Below, one piece after another: positions 62,701 to 64,000 of a DNA stretch of 64,000 nt. Origin of the DNA: Mobula hypostoma (taxonomy: Eukaryota); the NCBI RefSeq assembly GCF_963921235.1, contig NC_086108.1:116562001-116626000 (forward strand). The letters are read 5' to 3'. The notes below the pieces were generated by a model. The model saw only the letters and a list, made by a program, of their open reading frames with translations. It ran no database searches and was not told where the DNA came from. Position 1 is the stretch's first letter, and each line of letters starts with the position of its first letter. The translations under genes and the position numbers were made by a program.

Positions 62701-64000
62701 GGCAGGAGACTTGAGGCTAGGCGAGGCCGGAGGCAGGAGACTCCAGGCGAGGCGAGGATACAGGCAGGAGACTCGAGGCGAGGCGAGGCCGGAGGCAGGA
62801 GACTCGAGGCAAGGCGTGGCCGGAGGCAGGAGACTCGAGGCGAGGCGAGGCCAGAGGCAGGAGACTCGAGGTGAGGCGAGGCCGGAGGCAGGAGAATCGA
62901 GGCGAGGTGAGGCCGCAGGCAGGAGACTCGAGGCGAGGCGAGGCCGGAGGCAGGAGAATCGAGGCGAGGCCGGAGGCAGGAGAATCGAGGCGAGGCCGGA
63001 GGCAGGAGAATCGTGGCGAGGCGAGGCCGGAGGCAGGAGACTCGAGGCGAGGCGAGGCCGGAGGCAGGAGACTCGAGGTGAGGCGAGGCCGGAGGCAGGA
63101 GACTTGAGGCGAGACTGGAGGCAGGAGACTTGAGGCGAGACTGGAGGCAGGAGACTTGAGGCTAGGCGAGGCCGGAGGCAGGAGACCCGAGGCGAGGCGA
63201 GTATACAGGCAGGAGCCTCGAGGCGAGGCGAGGCCGGAGGCAGGAGACTCGAGGCGAGGCGAGGCCGGAGACAGGAGACTCGAGGCGAGGCGAGGCCGGA
63301 GGCAAGAGACTCGAGGCGAGGCGAGGCGAGGCCCGATGCAGGAGAATCGAGGCGAGGCGAAGCTGGAGGCAGGAGACTTGAGGCGAGGTGAGGCTGGAGG
63401 CAGGAGACTTGAGGCGAGGCGAGGATACAGGCAGGAGACTTGAGGCGAGGCGAGGCCGGAGGCAGGAGACTCGAGGCGAGGCGAGGCCGGAGGCAGGAGA
63501 ATCGAGGAGAGGCGAGGCCAGAGGCAGGAGAATCGAGGCGAGGCGAGGCGAGGCCGGAGGCAGGAGAATCGAGGCGAGGCGAGGCGAGGCCGGAGGCAGG
63601 AGAATCGAGGCGAGGCGAGGCCGGAGGCAGGAGAATTGTGGCGAGGCGAGGCCGGAGGCAGGAGACTCGAGGCGAGGCGAGGCCGGAGGGAGGAGACTCG
63701 AGGCGAGGCGAGGCCGGAGGCAGGAGAATCGAGGCGAGGCGAGGCCGGAGGCAGGAGAATTCTGGCGAGGCGAGGCCGGAGGCAGGAGACTCGAGGCGAG
63801 GCGAGGACGGAGGCAGAAGACTCGAGGCGAGGCGAGGCCGGAGGCAGGAGACTCGAGGCGAGGCAAGGCCGGAGGCAGGAGACTCGAGGCGAGGCGAGGC
63901 TGGAGGCAGGAGACTCGAGGTGAGACTGGAGGCAGGAGACTTGAGGCTAGGCGAGGCCGGAGGCAGGAGACTCCAGGCGAGGCGAGGATACAGGCAGGAG
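41736..64000. repeat. Satellite array, consensus 31-bp monomer GGAGGCAGGAGACTCGAGGCGAGGCGAGGCC; extends beyond the window
   Basis: Uninterrupted for >22 kb. 26/36-bp variants arise by loss or gain of a GAGGC pentamer, and 33-bp variants occur at the left edge. One XhoI site (CTCGAG) and four CpGs per consensus unit. Confidence 0.99.

Noticed and set aside
41703..63923. Long ORFs in the satellite (e.g. 1116, 1062, 709 aa)
   Set aside because: They arise because the consensus monomer lacks stop codons. ORFs overlap in all frames on both strands, pentamer indels shift frame, and no domain or splice evidence is present.
41736..64000. CRISPR-like array (31-bp repeats)
   Set aside because: Head-to-tail repeats with no unique spacers, no cas genes, eukaryotic context.

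Overview
Eukaryotic, gene-poor, transposon-saturated DNA. The repeat families suggest a cartilaginous fish (ray or shark); this is inference. Positions 1-41.4 kb are a nested mosaic of CR1 LINEs (ORF1 zinc finger/SGNH esterase, ORF2 APE+RT, 8-mer tails), two Rex1/Babar LINE relics, a Gypsy-type solo LTR, Penelope-type terminal fragments and two simple/minisatellite blocks. From 41.7 kb to the window end is a >22 kb CpG-rich 31-bp satellite. No host protein-coding gene can be supported. Most notable: (1) a U1 snRNA copy fused to the 5' end of a full-length CR1 (17525-17668); (2) the giant satellite starts inside an LTR related to the solo LTR at 8602-12786 and has kb-scale higher-order structure; (3) a 182-bp Penelope-type insertion with a 15-bp TSD, a perfect 53-bp-arm palindrome and a minimal hammerhead core interrupts an otherwise open CR1 ORF2; (4) a five-element nested insertion stack can be reconstructed from TSDs. 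Family names come from motif recognition, not database searches. Boundaries of old elements are approximate.
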